This document shows, one piece after another, positions 8,113 through 20,834 of a stretch of 24,000 nucleotides of DNA (position 1 is the stretch's first letter; every line of letters begins with the position of its first letter). The stretch comes from Rhodospirillum sp. A1_3_36 (GTDB taxonomy: Bacteria > Pseudomonadota > Alphaproteobacteria > Rhodospirillales > Rhodospirillaceae): contig NZ_JBLAVB010000027.1 in NCBI RefSeq assembly GCF_047263945.1, positions 1 through 24,000 on the forward strand, read 5' to 3'. Under the pieces are notes generated by a model. That model saw nothing but the letters and a program-made list of their open reading frames with translations, was not told the origin of the DNA and did not search any database. A program made the position numbers and the translations under genes.

Positions 8113-8955
8113 GTGAAAGTCATCAAGGTCTTCAATCACAATGTTGTCCTGGCAAGGGACGACGACGGCAAGGACGTCGTCGTGCAGGGGAAGGGCCTCG
8201 GCTATAACCGGCGCAATGGCGATAACCTCGACGCCGCCAAGATCGAGCGTCGTTTCCTGCCGGCCGCCACGACCTCCACGACCCAGTTGGCAGGGCTTGT
8301 TGCCGAGATTCCGATTGAGCACATCGTGATCGCCGAAGAGGTGCTGCGTCTGGCACGCACCCAGCTTTCCGCGCAGCTCGATGATCGGGCGCTGATCGCG
8401 CTTGCCGATCACATTTCCTTTGCCATCCAGCGACAGCACCAGGGCGAACCGATCGAATATCCGCTCGCCTCTGAAGTCCGCCTGCTCTACCCGCGCGAAG
8501 TTTCGCTGGGCACCGCCGTTCTGGACCTGATCGAGAACCGGTCCGGCGTCCGCTTGCCAGCGCTTGAGGCGGTGTCGCTCGCCATGCATTTCGTCAATGC
8601 TCAGGTTGGCGTTCGCCCGATGGGCGAGATGGTCCGCATGACCGAGATGCTGCGCTCGGTGGTGAACATCATCCAGACCAACCTTGGGCTCATCCTCTCC
8701 GAGGGCTCCATCGAACTCGCCCGGCTCGCCGCGCATCTTCGATATCTCTTCCTCGACCATGCTCGCGGTGGCCGCCGGACGCTTCCGGTCGGCGATCTCG
8801 CCAGCACATTCAAGACCCAGGATGCCCGCATCTACGACTGCGCGCTGGCCGTCACCGACCTGATGGCGCGTGAGATGAATTGGACCATCCACGAGGACGA
8901 AACCCTCTACATCGCTCTGCACATCTACCGGTTCGCCGACCGGTCAGGCGGGTAG
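8113..8955 (+). CDS. bglG: PRD-containing transcriptional antiterminator (BglG/LicT/SacY family)
   Basis: ORF 8008..8955. Start set at the GTG at 8113 (RBS GGGGAGGG 5 nt upstream), giving 280 aa. N-terminal CAT RNA-binding domain: VKVIKVFNHNVVLARDDDGKDVVVQGKGLGY. Two PRDs with conserved His contexts: ALADHISFAIQR and LAMHFVNA, then LAAHLRYLF and IALHIYRF. Confidence 0.85.
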   Translation: MKVIKVFNHNVVLARDDDGKDVVVQGKGLGYNRRNGDNLDAAKIERRFLPAATTSTTQLAGLVAEIPIEHIVIAEEVLRLARTQLSAQLDDRALIALADHISFAIQRQHQGEPIEYPLASEVRLLYPREVSLGTAVLDLIENRSGVRLPALEAVSLAMHFVNAQVGVRPMGEMVRMTEMLRSVVNIIQTNLGLILSEGSIELARLAAHLRYLFLDHARGGRRTLPVGDLASTFKTQDARIYDCALAVTDLMAREMNWTIHEDETLYIALHIYRFADRSGG

Positions 8956-8999
8956 GGTGGGTCCGATCCGTTCCTTTGCTGATTGAGAAAGGCCCGACT

Positions 9000-13014
<4,015 letters not shown>

Positions 13015-13109
13015 GAGAAGAACGGAGAGGCATCCAGAGTGGTCGCGGGCACGCCAATGATGGGCGGCTCCTATGAGCAGGAGAGATAGAGGATTCGTGA
13101 TGATCAGCA

Positions 13110-13747
13110 CGTTTGAGCTCCCGGGAACGTCCTGCCTTGAGCAGGGCGTTAGCCAGGACGATCATTTTTCACATGATGGTGGCCGGAAGGATCTGCCGCC
13201 GCTTGATCGGCTCCCGCCCGCCCTGGGTAACGACACCGTTCAGAGTGTCGCAAGTACGTTAGCATAGAGGGTCTTGATCGCCACGAAACGCATCGTTGGC
13301 TGCGTGACCGCCTCGGTGATCGCTTCGGCGTCGGCCATGTCCGTCTTGCCCCGCTTGACATAGGGTTTCACATAGGCCGCTGGCATCAGTTTGACGATGT
13401 GCCCCAGTTTGCTGATCTCCCTGCCCCAGTAATGGGCCGTGCCGCATGCTTCCATGTCTACAAGGCAAGGAGTAATACCAAGCGGCGCGGGTTGAAACCC
13501 AGGCCGCTTTTCTTGCGTTCAAACGCCAGGCGGGCTTTTACGCGCCATAAGGCGCGGCGGCCACTTGGCCGCTTCCAAGGTGCGGTGAGGCAAACTCACC
13601 GCACCTTGGTATCAGCGCGCTGAAAAATCGTAATACGTCGCTTCGGCGAAGACGCCGACGGACGAGAACCTCGCCTGTCGCGCCAATGCCGTGAACCTGA
13701 AAAACCGACTTCGCCAGATCCAGATCAACTGTCGTAATCTGTTCCAT
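13110..13747 (-). pseudogene. IS110-family (DEDD) transposase pseudogene, fragmented
   Basis: N-terminus MEQITTVDLDLAKSVFQVHGIGATGEVLVRRRLRRSDVLRFFSALI (13747-13610). After a ~136-bp insertion, TPCLVDMEACGTAHYWGREISKLGHIVKLMPAAYVKPYVKRGKTDMADAEAITEAVTQPTMRFVAIKT (13473-~13270). The central and catalytic part is missing. A C-terminal remnant in another frame, GGREPIKRRQILPATIM*KMIVLANALLKAGRS, matches the usual ...VACMRKLLTILNAMLRDG tail. An in-frame TGA (13169-13171) sits where Arg is expected. Confidence 0.8.
13474..13609. repeat. ~135-bp palindromic mosaic element (MITE/RIME/BIME-like) inserted into the IS110 transposase gene
   Basis: Removing about 136 (or 133) bp restores the transposase frame and the conserved PCLV.MEACG motif. 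Ends are inverted (CCAAG at 13478-13482, CTTGG at 13605-13609). Interior is stacked hairpins: AAGCGGC...GCCGCTT (13480-13509), CGCGCC-ATAA-GGCGCG, GCGGCC-ACTT-GGCCGC, and a perfect 15-bp stem CCAAGGTGCGGTGAG/CTCACCGCACCTTGG (13575-13609). Confidence 0.6.
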
Positions 13748-14068
13748 GGACGGTTCCTTTCATGGGGATCGCTTGAACAACGACCCCATCCTGGCTCAAT
13801 CCGGTTGAAAAGGGGCCGTCCACCTCATTACCTCTTCAATGATCGGAACTTCATTTCAATGGACCGGTACAGGAGCAAGCCGAGCTGCGCGTTTTATAGC
13901 CCGTGTCCACTTTTTCGGGGAAAGGTCACATCACTGCGTCACCCAAAATCGGCCATGGTTCGATATGATCCGGTATTGGTCCCACCCGAGCCCGCCATGC
14001 CGGATTCAGGCGTGCCACCAACGGTCAGGTCAATGCCGCCACATTACAGTCCCTGGGGATTGCGGGGA

Positions 14069-15040
14069 TCAATGCCCCCCGCGTTCGACATCTCGGCGAA
14101 TGGCCGAGGGAGATTGACCATACTGCTCTGAAAAACAAAATGAAAAATAGGAACCCGAACGGAACCCCGTCGCAACGGCGACATCCAGCGTCGACATGTT
14201 GCTGTGCAAAAGCAGGTCGCGCGCACGCTCCAACCGCTTTGTCTTGCAATATTTGGATGGCGTCATCCCGACGTATTTCAGAAAAAGTCGCTCCAAGGTG
14301 CGTCGGCTCGACCCGACCGCGTCGGCCAAGGCGCCCGGAGACATGGGGTTTTCCATGTTTTCGGCGATCAACGCCACGGCCAGGCGCACCTGCCTAGGGG
14401 CGGTACTGAGCGGCGTGTCGCTCCCGGAATGCTGGGGGAACACGCCTGAGCGCACCCGATCATTCTGTAACTGATTGGCAATGGCGCGCACCAACCATTG
14501 GCCATGGTCCGCGGCGATAATCCCCAGGAACAAATCAAAGGAAGACAATCCCCCCGCGCAGGTCATGATCCCCCCATCGATTTCATAAATCGCCGAGGTC
14601 AGATCGATATCGGGAAATTCTTCCACGAAGGCCGGTTTTCCCTCCCAATGGATGGTGCAACGCGCCGTCCCCAGAAGACCCGCGCGCGCCAGGAAGATGG
14701 TTCCCATGGATATGGCCCCCATCTTTACACCGGACCGGAACCGCTTGTTCAGGAAAGCATTCAAGCGGCTCTGATTCCGCGCGGTCAGACTCAGCCCGGC
14801 GCAGACAAAGGTATAATCGGGCATGGGCCCCGCTCCGAACCCGTGGGTGCCGGAGATTTCCAAGCCGTTCGATGCCTGGGCCGGTTGTCCGTCCTCGCTT
14901 GTAATGGACCAACCGTACAGGTCGCGCCCAACAATACGGTTCGCGACCCGCAACGGTTCGATGGCCGAAATCACCGACATCATCGAAAACGCATGCATCA
15001 AGACGAATTCGAAAATTTTTGGTTCCGTTTCGGTGCCCAT
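14069..15040 (-). CDS. GlxA-family AraC-type transcriptional regulator (DJ-1/PfpI-like domain + HTH), GbdR-like
   Basis: 323 aa. N-terminal amidotransferase-like fold (FEFVLMHAFSMMSVISAIEPLRVAN...). C-terminal AraC HTH (...RTLERLFLKYVGMTPSKYCKTKRLERARDLLLHSNMSTLDVAVATGFRSGSYFSFCFSEQYG). Starts 15 nt after the purU stop on the same strand. Confidence 0.85.
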   Translation of the reverse strand: MGTETEPKIFEFVLMHAFSMMSVISAIEPLRVANRIVGRDLYGWSITSEDGQPAQASNGLEISGTHGFGAGPMPDYTFVCAGLSLTARNQSRLNAFLNKRFRSGVKMGAISMGTIFLARAGLLGTARCTIHWEGKPAFVEEFPDIDLTSAIYEIDGGIMTCAGGLSSFDLFLGIIAADHGQWLVRAIANQLQNDRVRSGVFPQHSGSDTPLSTAPRQVRLAVALIAENMENPMSPGALADAVGSSRRTLERLFLKYVGMTPSKYCKTKRLERARDLLLHSNMSTLDVAVATGFRSGSYFSFCFSEQYGQSPSAIRRDVERGGH

Positions 15041-15055
15041 CGAATGGTATGGCTC

Positions 15056-15940
15056 CTACCCCATGCGTTCGGAAGCATAGCTGCCCGGCGACGCCGGGAA
15101 AACCACGGTCTTATTGCCATTAAGAAAAACCCTATGGTGGATATGGGCGTGAACCGCCCGGGCCAAAACCTGGCTTTCCACGTCGCGACCCAGGGAGACG
15201 TAGTCGTCCGGGCTTTGGGCGTGGGTCACGCGGATGGTATCCTGCTCGATGATCGGGCCTTCGTCGAGATCGGCGGTGACATAGTGGGAGGTCGCGCCGA
15301 TCAGCTTCACGCCGCGTTCGTAGGCCTGCTTGTAAGGGTTCGCCCCCTTGAAGGACGGCAGAAAGGAGTGGTGGATGTTGATGATCCGACCGGACATCTT
15401 CTTGCACATGGCGTCGGACAGAACCTGCATGTAGCGGGCGAGCACAATCAACTCGGTGCCGCTATCCTCGACGATTCGCATCTGGGCGGCTTCGGCCTCG
15501 GGCTTGTTCTCCTTGGTCACCTTGATGCAGTGGAAGGGGATGTCGTGATTTACGACGACCTTCTGGTAATCCATGTGGTTGGAGATGACCGCGACGATCT
15601 CGATGGGCAGAGCCCCGATACGCCACCGGTACAGCAGGTCGTTCAGGCAGTGTCCGAAGCGGGACACCATGATGATGACCTTCATCTTTTCCTTTTCGTC
15701 GTGGAACGTGAAGGCCATGTCGAAGGCCTTGGCGGTTGCGCCGAATTCCTTGATCAGATTGTCCAGATCCTTTCCCTCCTCCGACGTGAAGCTGACCCGC
15801 ATGAAGAAGCGGCCAGTCTGGACGTCGTCGAATTGGGAGCTGTCGGTAATGTTGCAGCCATTCCGCGCGAGATAGCCAGCGATGGCCGCCACGATGCCGC
15901 GGGTCGTCGCGCAGGTGACGGTGAGGCAATAGGTGTTCAT
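15056..15940 (-). CDS. purU: Formyltetrahydrofolate deformylase
   Basis: ORF 15056..15976. Start set at MNTYCLTV (15940, GGAGA 6 nt upstream). N-terminal ACT domain, then formyltransferase core with IINIHHSFLPSFKGANPYKQAYERGVKLIGATSHYVT. Confidence 0.9.
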   Translation of the reverse strand: MNTYCLTVTCATTRGIVAAIAGYLARNGCNITDSSQFDDVQTGRFFMRVSFTSEEGKDLDNLIKEFGATAKAFDMAFTFHDEKEKMKVIIMVSRFGHCLNDLLYRWRIGALPIEIVAVISNHMDYQKVVVNHDIPFHCIKVTKENKPEAEAAQMRIVEDSGTELIVLARYMQVLSDAMCKKMSGRIINIHHSFLPSFKGANPYKQAYERGVKLIGATSHYVTADLDEGPIIEQDTIRVTHAQSPDDYVSLGRDVESQVLARAVHAHIHHRVFLNGNKTVVFPASPGSYASERMG

Positions 15941-16077
15941 TGAATTCTCCGATCGATCATCGGTGATCTCGGGCAAGGACAGGCCCTCTGGGGTCCTGCC
16001 GGGTCATCCCGAAGCGGGTGGGGGGGATGGGGAGGGTCTTGAAAGAACCAGAAGGCGAGTGCGAAGGAAAAGTTCCC

Positions 16078-16977
16078 TCACGCCGTCAGGCCTTCCGGCT
16101 CGGGCAAACCATTGGCCCGATGGCAGGCGATCAGGGTATTGGCCAGCAGGCAGGCGATGGTCATGGGACCGACGCCACCGGGCACGGGCGTGATCGCCCC
16201 GGCCACGGCTGCGGCGCTTTCATAATGGACATCGCCCACCAGTCGGGTCTTGCCCTCGCCCTTGTCCGGGGCGGGAACCCGGTTGATGCCCACGTCAATG
16301 ACGGTGGCGCCGGGCTTCACCCAGTCGCCGGGGATCATTTCCGGACGACCGACGGCCGCGACCAGGATGTCGGCGCGGCGGCAGACCTCGGCCAGATCCT
16401 TGGTGCGGCTATGGGCGATGGTGACCGTGCAATTATCGCCCAACAGAAGCTGGGCCATGGGCTTGCCCACGATGTTGGAGCGACCGACAACCACGGCGTT
16501 CAGCCCGGCCAGGGAGCCCAGGTGGTCGCGCAGCATCATCAGGCAACCCAACGGAGTGCAGGGAACCATGGCCTTCTGGCCGGTGCCGAGAAGACCGACG
16601 TTGGAGATGTGGAACCCGTCCACGTCCTTGGCCGGATCGATGGAATTGATCACCAGGTCCGAATTCAGGTGCCCGGGCAGGGGCAACTGAACCAGGATGC
16701 CATGGATGGCGGGGTCCGCGTTCAACTGATTGATCAGGGCGAGCAGGTCCGCTTCGGACGTATCGGCGGGCAGTTTGTGCCCATGGCTGTTCATGCCGAC
16801 CTCGAGGGTCTGCTTGCCCTTGTTGCGCACATAGACCTGCGAGGCCGGATCCTCCCCCACCAGCACGACGGCCAGTCCCGGAGTGATCCCTCGTTCCTTC
16901 AGACCCGCCACGAAACCCGCCACCCGACCGCGAACTTTCTCCGCGAAAGCCTTGCCGTCGATGATCGTGGTCGTCAT
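16078..16977 (-). CDS. folD: Bifunctional 5,10-methylene-THF dehydrogenase / methenyl-THF cyclohydrolase
   Basis: 299 aa. [48 protein letters not shown] and [14 protein letters not shown] are hallmark FolD motifs. Confidence 0.95.
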   Translation of the reverse strand: MTTTIIDGKAFAEKVRGRVAGFVAGLKERGITPGLAVVLVGEDPASQVYVRNKGKQTLEVGMNSHGHKLPADTSEADLLALINQLNADPAIHGILVQLPLPGHLNSDLVINSIDPAKDVDGFHISNVGLLGTGQKAMVPCTPLGCLMMLRDHLGSLAGLNAVVVGRSNIVGKPMAQLLLGDNCTVTIAHSRTKDLAEVCRRADILVAAVGRPEMIPGDWVKPGATVIDVGINRVPAPDKGEGKTRLVGDVHYESAAAVAGAITPVPGGVGPMTIACLLANTLIACHRANGLPEPEGLTA

Positions 16978-16993
16978 GCTCCTCTTCTCCTTT

Positions 16994-17602
16994 TTAAACA
17001 GCGCGGTCGGACCGCGTTTTAGCGGTCGTCAGGGCGAGGGTGGTGTTCAAGCGCATTTCCAGGGCATGGGCCAGCGATACGGCGAAGGATCGCCCCACCA
17101 ACAGGGTGTAGGCGCGGCCCGGGTCCCGACAAAGCAGGAAACACCCCATATGCTCCATGACCGTGCGCGCGGCCCCTCCCGCGCCCATGGCGCGGATATC
17201 CAGGCTGGTCAAACCTTCGAGGACCGTTTCAAGCCCCTCTCCGGTCAGGTCGAAGGCGACCCACCCGTCGGTCTGATCGGTTACCGCAGCGCGCTCGCCC
17301 AGGGCCGAGGTCAGGTCGGCGGCCAGATCCTCGTGGGTCTGGAGCGGCGCCATGACCATCCACTGATCGGGCCCCGTCCAGAAGGTCGTCACCCCCGCGT
17401 CCTCGCGCAGGCCTCCGACCCCGGGAAGAGGACATCCAAGGATGGTGGTCGACGGGTTGTGGACATCCGTCCATTCGACCCGGGCGGCCAAGGAAGACAA
17501 GGCCAGATCCGTCCGCTCCACCACCCGGTAAGCACCGATGGTTCGGATCCGTGGTTCCGCCGCGCCAAAGGCCGACCGGGCGTTCAATCGAAAATCAGAC
17601 AC
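16994..17602 (-). CDS. soxG: Sarcosine oxidase gamma subunit
   Basis: ORF 16994..17641. Position immediately after soxA and size (~200 aa) fit SoxG. Likely GTG start at 17602, overlapping the soxA stop (GTGTCTGA). The ATG at 17641 is the alternative. Confidence 0.75.
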   Translation of the reverse strand: MSDFRLNARSAFGAAEPRIRTIGAYRVVERTDLALSSLAARVEWTDVHNPSTTILGCPLPGVGGLREDAGVTTFWTGPDQWMVMAPLQTHEDLAADLTSALGERAAVTDQTDGWVAFDLTGEGLETVLEGLTSLDIRAMGAGGAARTVMEHMGCFLLCRDPGRAYTLLVGRSFAVSLAHALEMRLNTTLALTTAKTRSDRAV

Positions 17603-20537
17603 GAAGGCGCTCCCCTTCCGGATCGATGAAATGGGGACCAACCACCTTGGCGCGGACGGACTGTCCTTGCAGGGGATTGGCCACGGTGATCACGTCTCCA
17701 AGTCGCTTGTCGCCTTCCTTGAGGAAGGCCAGGGCGATCGATTTGCCCAGGTGGGGCGAATGGGCCGCAGAGGAAACCCATCCCTGGTCGTTGGTGGCCT
17801 CCGCCCGATCTCCCTCGGTGAAAAGATGCGACCCCGCGGTCAGGGGACCATCCAGGGACTCAAGCCCCACCAGGCGGATTCCATCCTCTCCGGCGAGCCC
17901 GGGGCGGCGGGACAGAACCGTGCCGATCGCGTCCTTCTTGGACGAAACCAAGCGCCCCATGCCCAAATGATCGGCGGAGGTCTGACCATTGAGTTCGTTG
18001 CCTGCGGCATGACCCTTTTCAATGCGCAGAACCCCCAGGGCTTCAGTGCCATAGGCTATCACGCCAAACTCGGCTCCGGCCTCCATCAGCACCCGCATCA
18101 GGGCATCGCCATGGCGCGTGGGCACGGCGACCTCGTAGGCGAGTTCCCCGGAGAAGGAAATGCGGAACAGGCGCGCCCGCGTTCCCCCACAGATCCGGAT
18201 GGCACCGCAGGCCATGTACCCAAAGGCTTCATTGGAAATATCGAACTCGGGGTCCACGATCTTTCGCAGCAGGTCACGGGCCCGGGGACCGGCGACGGAG
18301 TATTGGGCCCAGGCATCCGTGGTGGAAATCAGGTGGACATCCAACTCCGGACACAGACATTGGCGCACGAATTCCATGTGCCGATAGACGGGACCGGCCT
18401 GGGCCGTGGTGGTGGTGACCACGAAATGGTCCTCCGCCAACCGGGCGGCGGTGCCGTCATCCATGGCGAAGCCATCCTCGCGGAGCATCAGGCCGTACCG
18501 GACCTTCCCCAGGGGCAGCTTGGCGAAGCCGTTGCAGTAGATGACGTCGAGGAACCGGGCGGCGTCCCGCCCCTGAACATCCACCTTGCCCAGGGTCGTC
18601 ACGTCGCAGACCCCAACGGCGCGGCGCACGGTCAAAACCTCTCGGTCCACGGTGTCCCGCCAGGTCTTTTCCCCGGGTCTGGGAAAGTACTGGGCCCGCA
18701 ACCATGCTCCCACTTCCACGAATGCCGCCCCTTGTTCCTCGGCCCAATGGTGGCTGGGCGTTCGGCGAACGGGACGGAAATCCTTCCCCCGCGAGCGCCC
18801 GGCCAAGGCACCGATGGCCACCGGCGTGTAGGGGGGACGGAACACGGTGGTCCCCGTCTCCGGAATGGACTTGCCGGTCAATTCCGCCATGACCGCCAGC
18901 CCCGTCACATTGGCGGTCTTGCCCTGGTCCGTGGCCATGCCCAGGGTGGTGTACCGCTTCAGGTGCTCAACGGAACGGAACCCTTCCTTGTGGGCCAGGG
19001 TGATGTCCTTGACCGTCACGTCATTCTGAAAGTCGACCCAAGCCCGGCCCTTCTCGCCACCCACATGCCAGAACGGTGTGATCGCCAAGGGAGCGTCCTC
19101 GGCCGTGGGCGTCGCGGCGGCTTGGGCGCGGAATCCCAGGTCGCCGAGGGCCTTCGCGGCCCCTTCCGCCCCACCGGTCAGAGCGCCATGGGTAGAAAAG
19201 ACTCCCGCCGCAGCGCCCGCCACGGACAGTCCAGGGGGCAAGCGCGGCCCCGGCGAAAAGAGGCCCTGGCCATCATCCCACACCGGCCGATTTCCCTGGT
19301 GGCAGGTCAGCGCCAGGTTGGGGTTCCAGCCTCCCGAAACGCCCAGGCTTCCACAGGCCAGCCACTCCGTCCCGCCATCGGCTCGCCGGATCCGCGCCTC
19401 GCGCAGACCGCGACGCCCCCGACTGTCGATCACGACCGCGCCCGCGTGGAGCGGGTAGTCCCCCAAGGCCTTGGCCCCGGGTCGAACATCCACCACCGCA
19501 GTGACCGCGACGCCCTTGGCCATCAAGTCCACGGCGGTTCGATGACCGTCATCGTTGTTGGTGAAAATCGCCACCCGATCCGCCGGGCAGGCCGCCCAAC
19601 GGTTCGCATAGGCGCGCATGGCGCCGGCCAGCATGATTCCGGGCCGGTCGTTGTTGGCGAAGGCCATGGGCCGTTCGATGGCCCCGGCGCACAACAGCGA
19701 ACGCTTGGCGTAAATCTTCCAGAAGGTCTGCCGCGGCACGGCCCCATCAACCGTCGCGAGGTGATCGGTCACCCGCTCGACGGCGCCATGGACGCCGTGG
19801 TCGAAGGCTCCGATCACGGAGGTCCGACGCAAAATTCGGACGCGGTCGGACGCCTCCAGTTCGGCCAGAGTCGCCGACACCCACTCTCCGGCGGGTGCGT
19901 CGTCGAGAACCTGGCGATCCTTGGTCAGACGCCCGCCAAGCACGAAATCCTCGTCGGCGAGAACAACCCGGGCACCGCTCCGCGCCGCAGTCAGGGCCGC
20001 AGACAGGCCCGCCGGACCCGCGCCGATAACAAGCAGGTCACAATGGAGGAAGCCCTTGTCGTAAACATCCGGGTCCGCGAGACCCGACAGGGATCCCAAG
20101 CCCGCCGCGCGGCGGATCATGGGCTCGTAGACCTTTTCCCAGAAGGCCGCAGGCCACATGAAGGTCTTGTAGTAGAAGCCTGCGGTCAGGAAGGGCGCCA
20201 CCCTGTCGTTGATCGCCAGGGCATCGAAAGCCAGGGACGGCCACCGGTTCTGACTCTTGGCCTCGAGCCCATCGAACAACTCTGCCACCGTGGCCCGGGT
20301 GTTGGGTTCCCGATGGGCGCCACCGCGCAATTCCACCAGGGCGTTGGGTTCCTCCGACCCGGCGGAGAATACCCCTCGCGGTCGGTGGTACTTAAAGCTC
20401 CGCCCCACGAGGCGAACCCCGTTGGCCAACAGGGCCGAGGCCAGGGTATCGCCGGGGTGACCCTGGTAGGTCTTGCCGTCGAAGGTGAAGGACCAGGTCC
20501 GCGACCGGTCGATCAGACCACCGGAAAGCCGTGTCAT
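17595..20537 (-). CDS. soxA: Sarcosine oxidase alpha subunit
   Basis: 980 aa. N-terminal FTFDGKTYQGHPGDTLASALLANGVRLVGRSFKYHRPRG, dinucleotide fold DLLVIGAGPAGLSAAL, C-terminal GcvT-like folate-binding domain. ATGA overlap with the soxD stop (20534-20537). Confidence 0.95.
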   Translation of the reverse strand: MTRLSGGLIDRSRTWSFTFDGKTYQGHPGDTLASALLANGVRLVGRSFKYHRPRGVFSAGSEEPNALVELRGGAHREPNTRATVAELFDGLEAKSQNRWPSLAFDALAINDRVAPFLTAGFYYKTFMWPAAFWEKVYEPMIRRAAGLGSLSGLADPDVYDKGFLHCDLLVIGAGPAGLSAALTAARSGARVVLADEDFVLGGRLTKDRQVLDDAPAGEWVSATLAELEASDRVRILRRTSVIGAFDHGVHGAVERVTDHLATVDGAVPRQTFWKIYAKRSLLCAGAIERPMAFANNDRPGIMLAGAMRAYANRWAACPADRVAIFTNNDDGHRTAVDLMAKGVAVTAVVDVRPGAKALGDYPLHAGAVVIDSRGRRGLREARIRRADGGTEWLACGSLGVSGGWNPNLALTCHQGNRPVWDDGQGLFSPGPRLPPGLSVAGAAAGVFSTHGALTGGAEGAAKALGDLGFRAQAAATPTAEDAPLAITPFWHVGGEKGRAWVDFQNDVTVKDITLAHKEGFRSVEHLKRYTTLGMATDQGKTANVTGLAVMAELTGKSIPETGTTVFRPPYTPVAIGALAGRSRGKDFRPVRRTPSHHWAEEQGAAFVEVGAWLRAQYFPRPGEKTWRDTVDREVLTVRRAVGVCDVTTLGKVDVQGRDAARFLDVIYCNGFAKLPLGKVRYGLMLREDGFAMDDGTAARLAEDHFVVTTTTAQAGPVYRHMEFVRQCLCPELDVHLISTTDAWAQYSVAGPRARDLLRKIVDPEFDISNEAFGYMACGAIRICGGTRARLFRISFSGELAYEVAVPTRHGDALMRVLMEAGAEFGVIAYGTEALGVLRIEKGHAAGNELNGQTSADHLGMGRLVSSKKDAIGTVLSRRPGLAGEDGIRLVGLESLDGPLTAGSHLFTEGDRAEATNDQGWVSSAAHSPHLGKSIALAFLKEGDKRLGDVITVANPLQGQSVRAKVVGPHFIDPEGERLRV

Positions 20538-20824
20538 CGCGCCGCCCTCCGCTTGGCCAGGACCACATCCCGGGCGAACTCGGCCTTGAGAATTTCATGG
20601 GTCAGGGTGTCGCGCGTGACCACCAGCCAGGAGCGATCGCCCTGTTCGTGAAACCACAGTTCGCGCTGGACCCCGGCGATATTGTCGCGCGGGTAGGTGT
20701 ACTCGTAAAAGGCCGCTTGCGCGCCTTCGCTCATGCCATCGGGGCGATCCAGAAGACAGGCGTCGCCCAAGTAGGTGAATTCCCCGGCGTCGCGGGGTCC
20801 GAGAAGGGGATGAGGAATCAGCAT
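20534..20824 (-). CDS. soxD: Sarcosine oxidase delta subunit (variant lacking the usual Cys ligands)
   Basis: 96 aa between soxB and soxA. SoxD-like EF.Y.GDA ... RD ... ELWFHEQG.R.W..V.RDT.THEI pattern. Confidence 0.8.
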   Translation of the reverse strand: MLIPHPLLGPRDAGEFTYLGDACLLDRPDGMSEGAQAAFYEYTYPRDNIAGVQRELWFHEQGDRSWLVVTRDTLTHEILKAEFARDVVLAKRRAAR

Positions 20825-20834
20825 GATGGATCTC

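Noticed and set aside
6121-8922. 933-aa ORF on the - strand spanning bglF and bglG
   Set aside because: It is entirely antisense to two genes with unmistakable family motifs. Its translation is Arg/Gly/Asp/His-rich low-complexity sequence with no recognisable domain. This is the typical stop-poor antisense frame of a GC3-rich coding region.
14062-14080. Hairpin CGGGG-N9-CCCCG near the end of the glxA-like gene as a terminator
   Set aside because: It overlaps the last codons and the stop codon of the gene and has no U-tract.
14498-15943. 481-aa + strand ORF, and similarly 16018..17022, 20823..22076, 22169..23158, 1530..2627, 4411..5376, 11416..12336 and 3389..4354
   Set aside because: Each lies opposite to, or out of frame within, a gene with strong family signatures (glxA-like/purU, folD, soxB, reductase, dctP, panE, bglB, dctM). 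None shows a recognisable domain or a plausible RBS.
15941-16077. Possible riboswitch (ZTP/pfl, glycine or THF type) in the folD-purU spacer, or upstream of soxB
   Set aside because: I looked for the conserved cores as I remember them (CCGCCTGGGC-type 3' element for ZTP; CACCGAAGGGG-type for glycine) on the - strand and found none. The spacer is C/G-rich without evident conserved structure.
17538-20651. 1037-aa ORF on the + strand
   Set aside because: It is antisense to soxA, soxG and soxD, which have clear homology. The composition (G/R/P/H-rich) is typical of GC-driven shadow ORFs.
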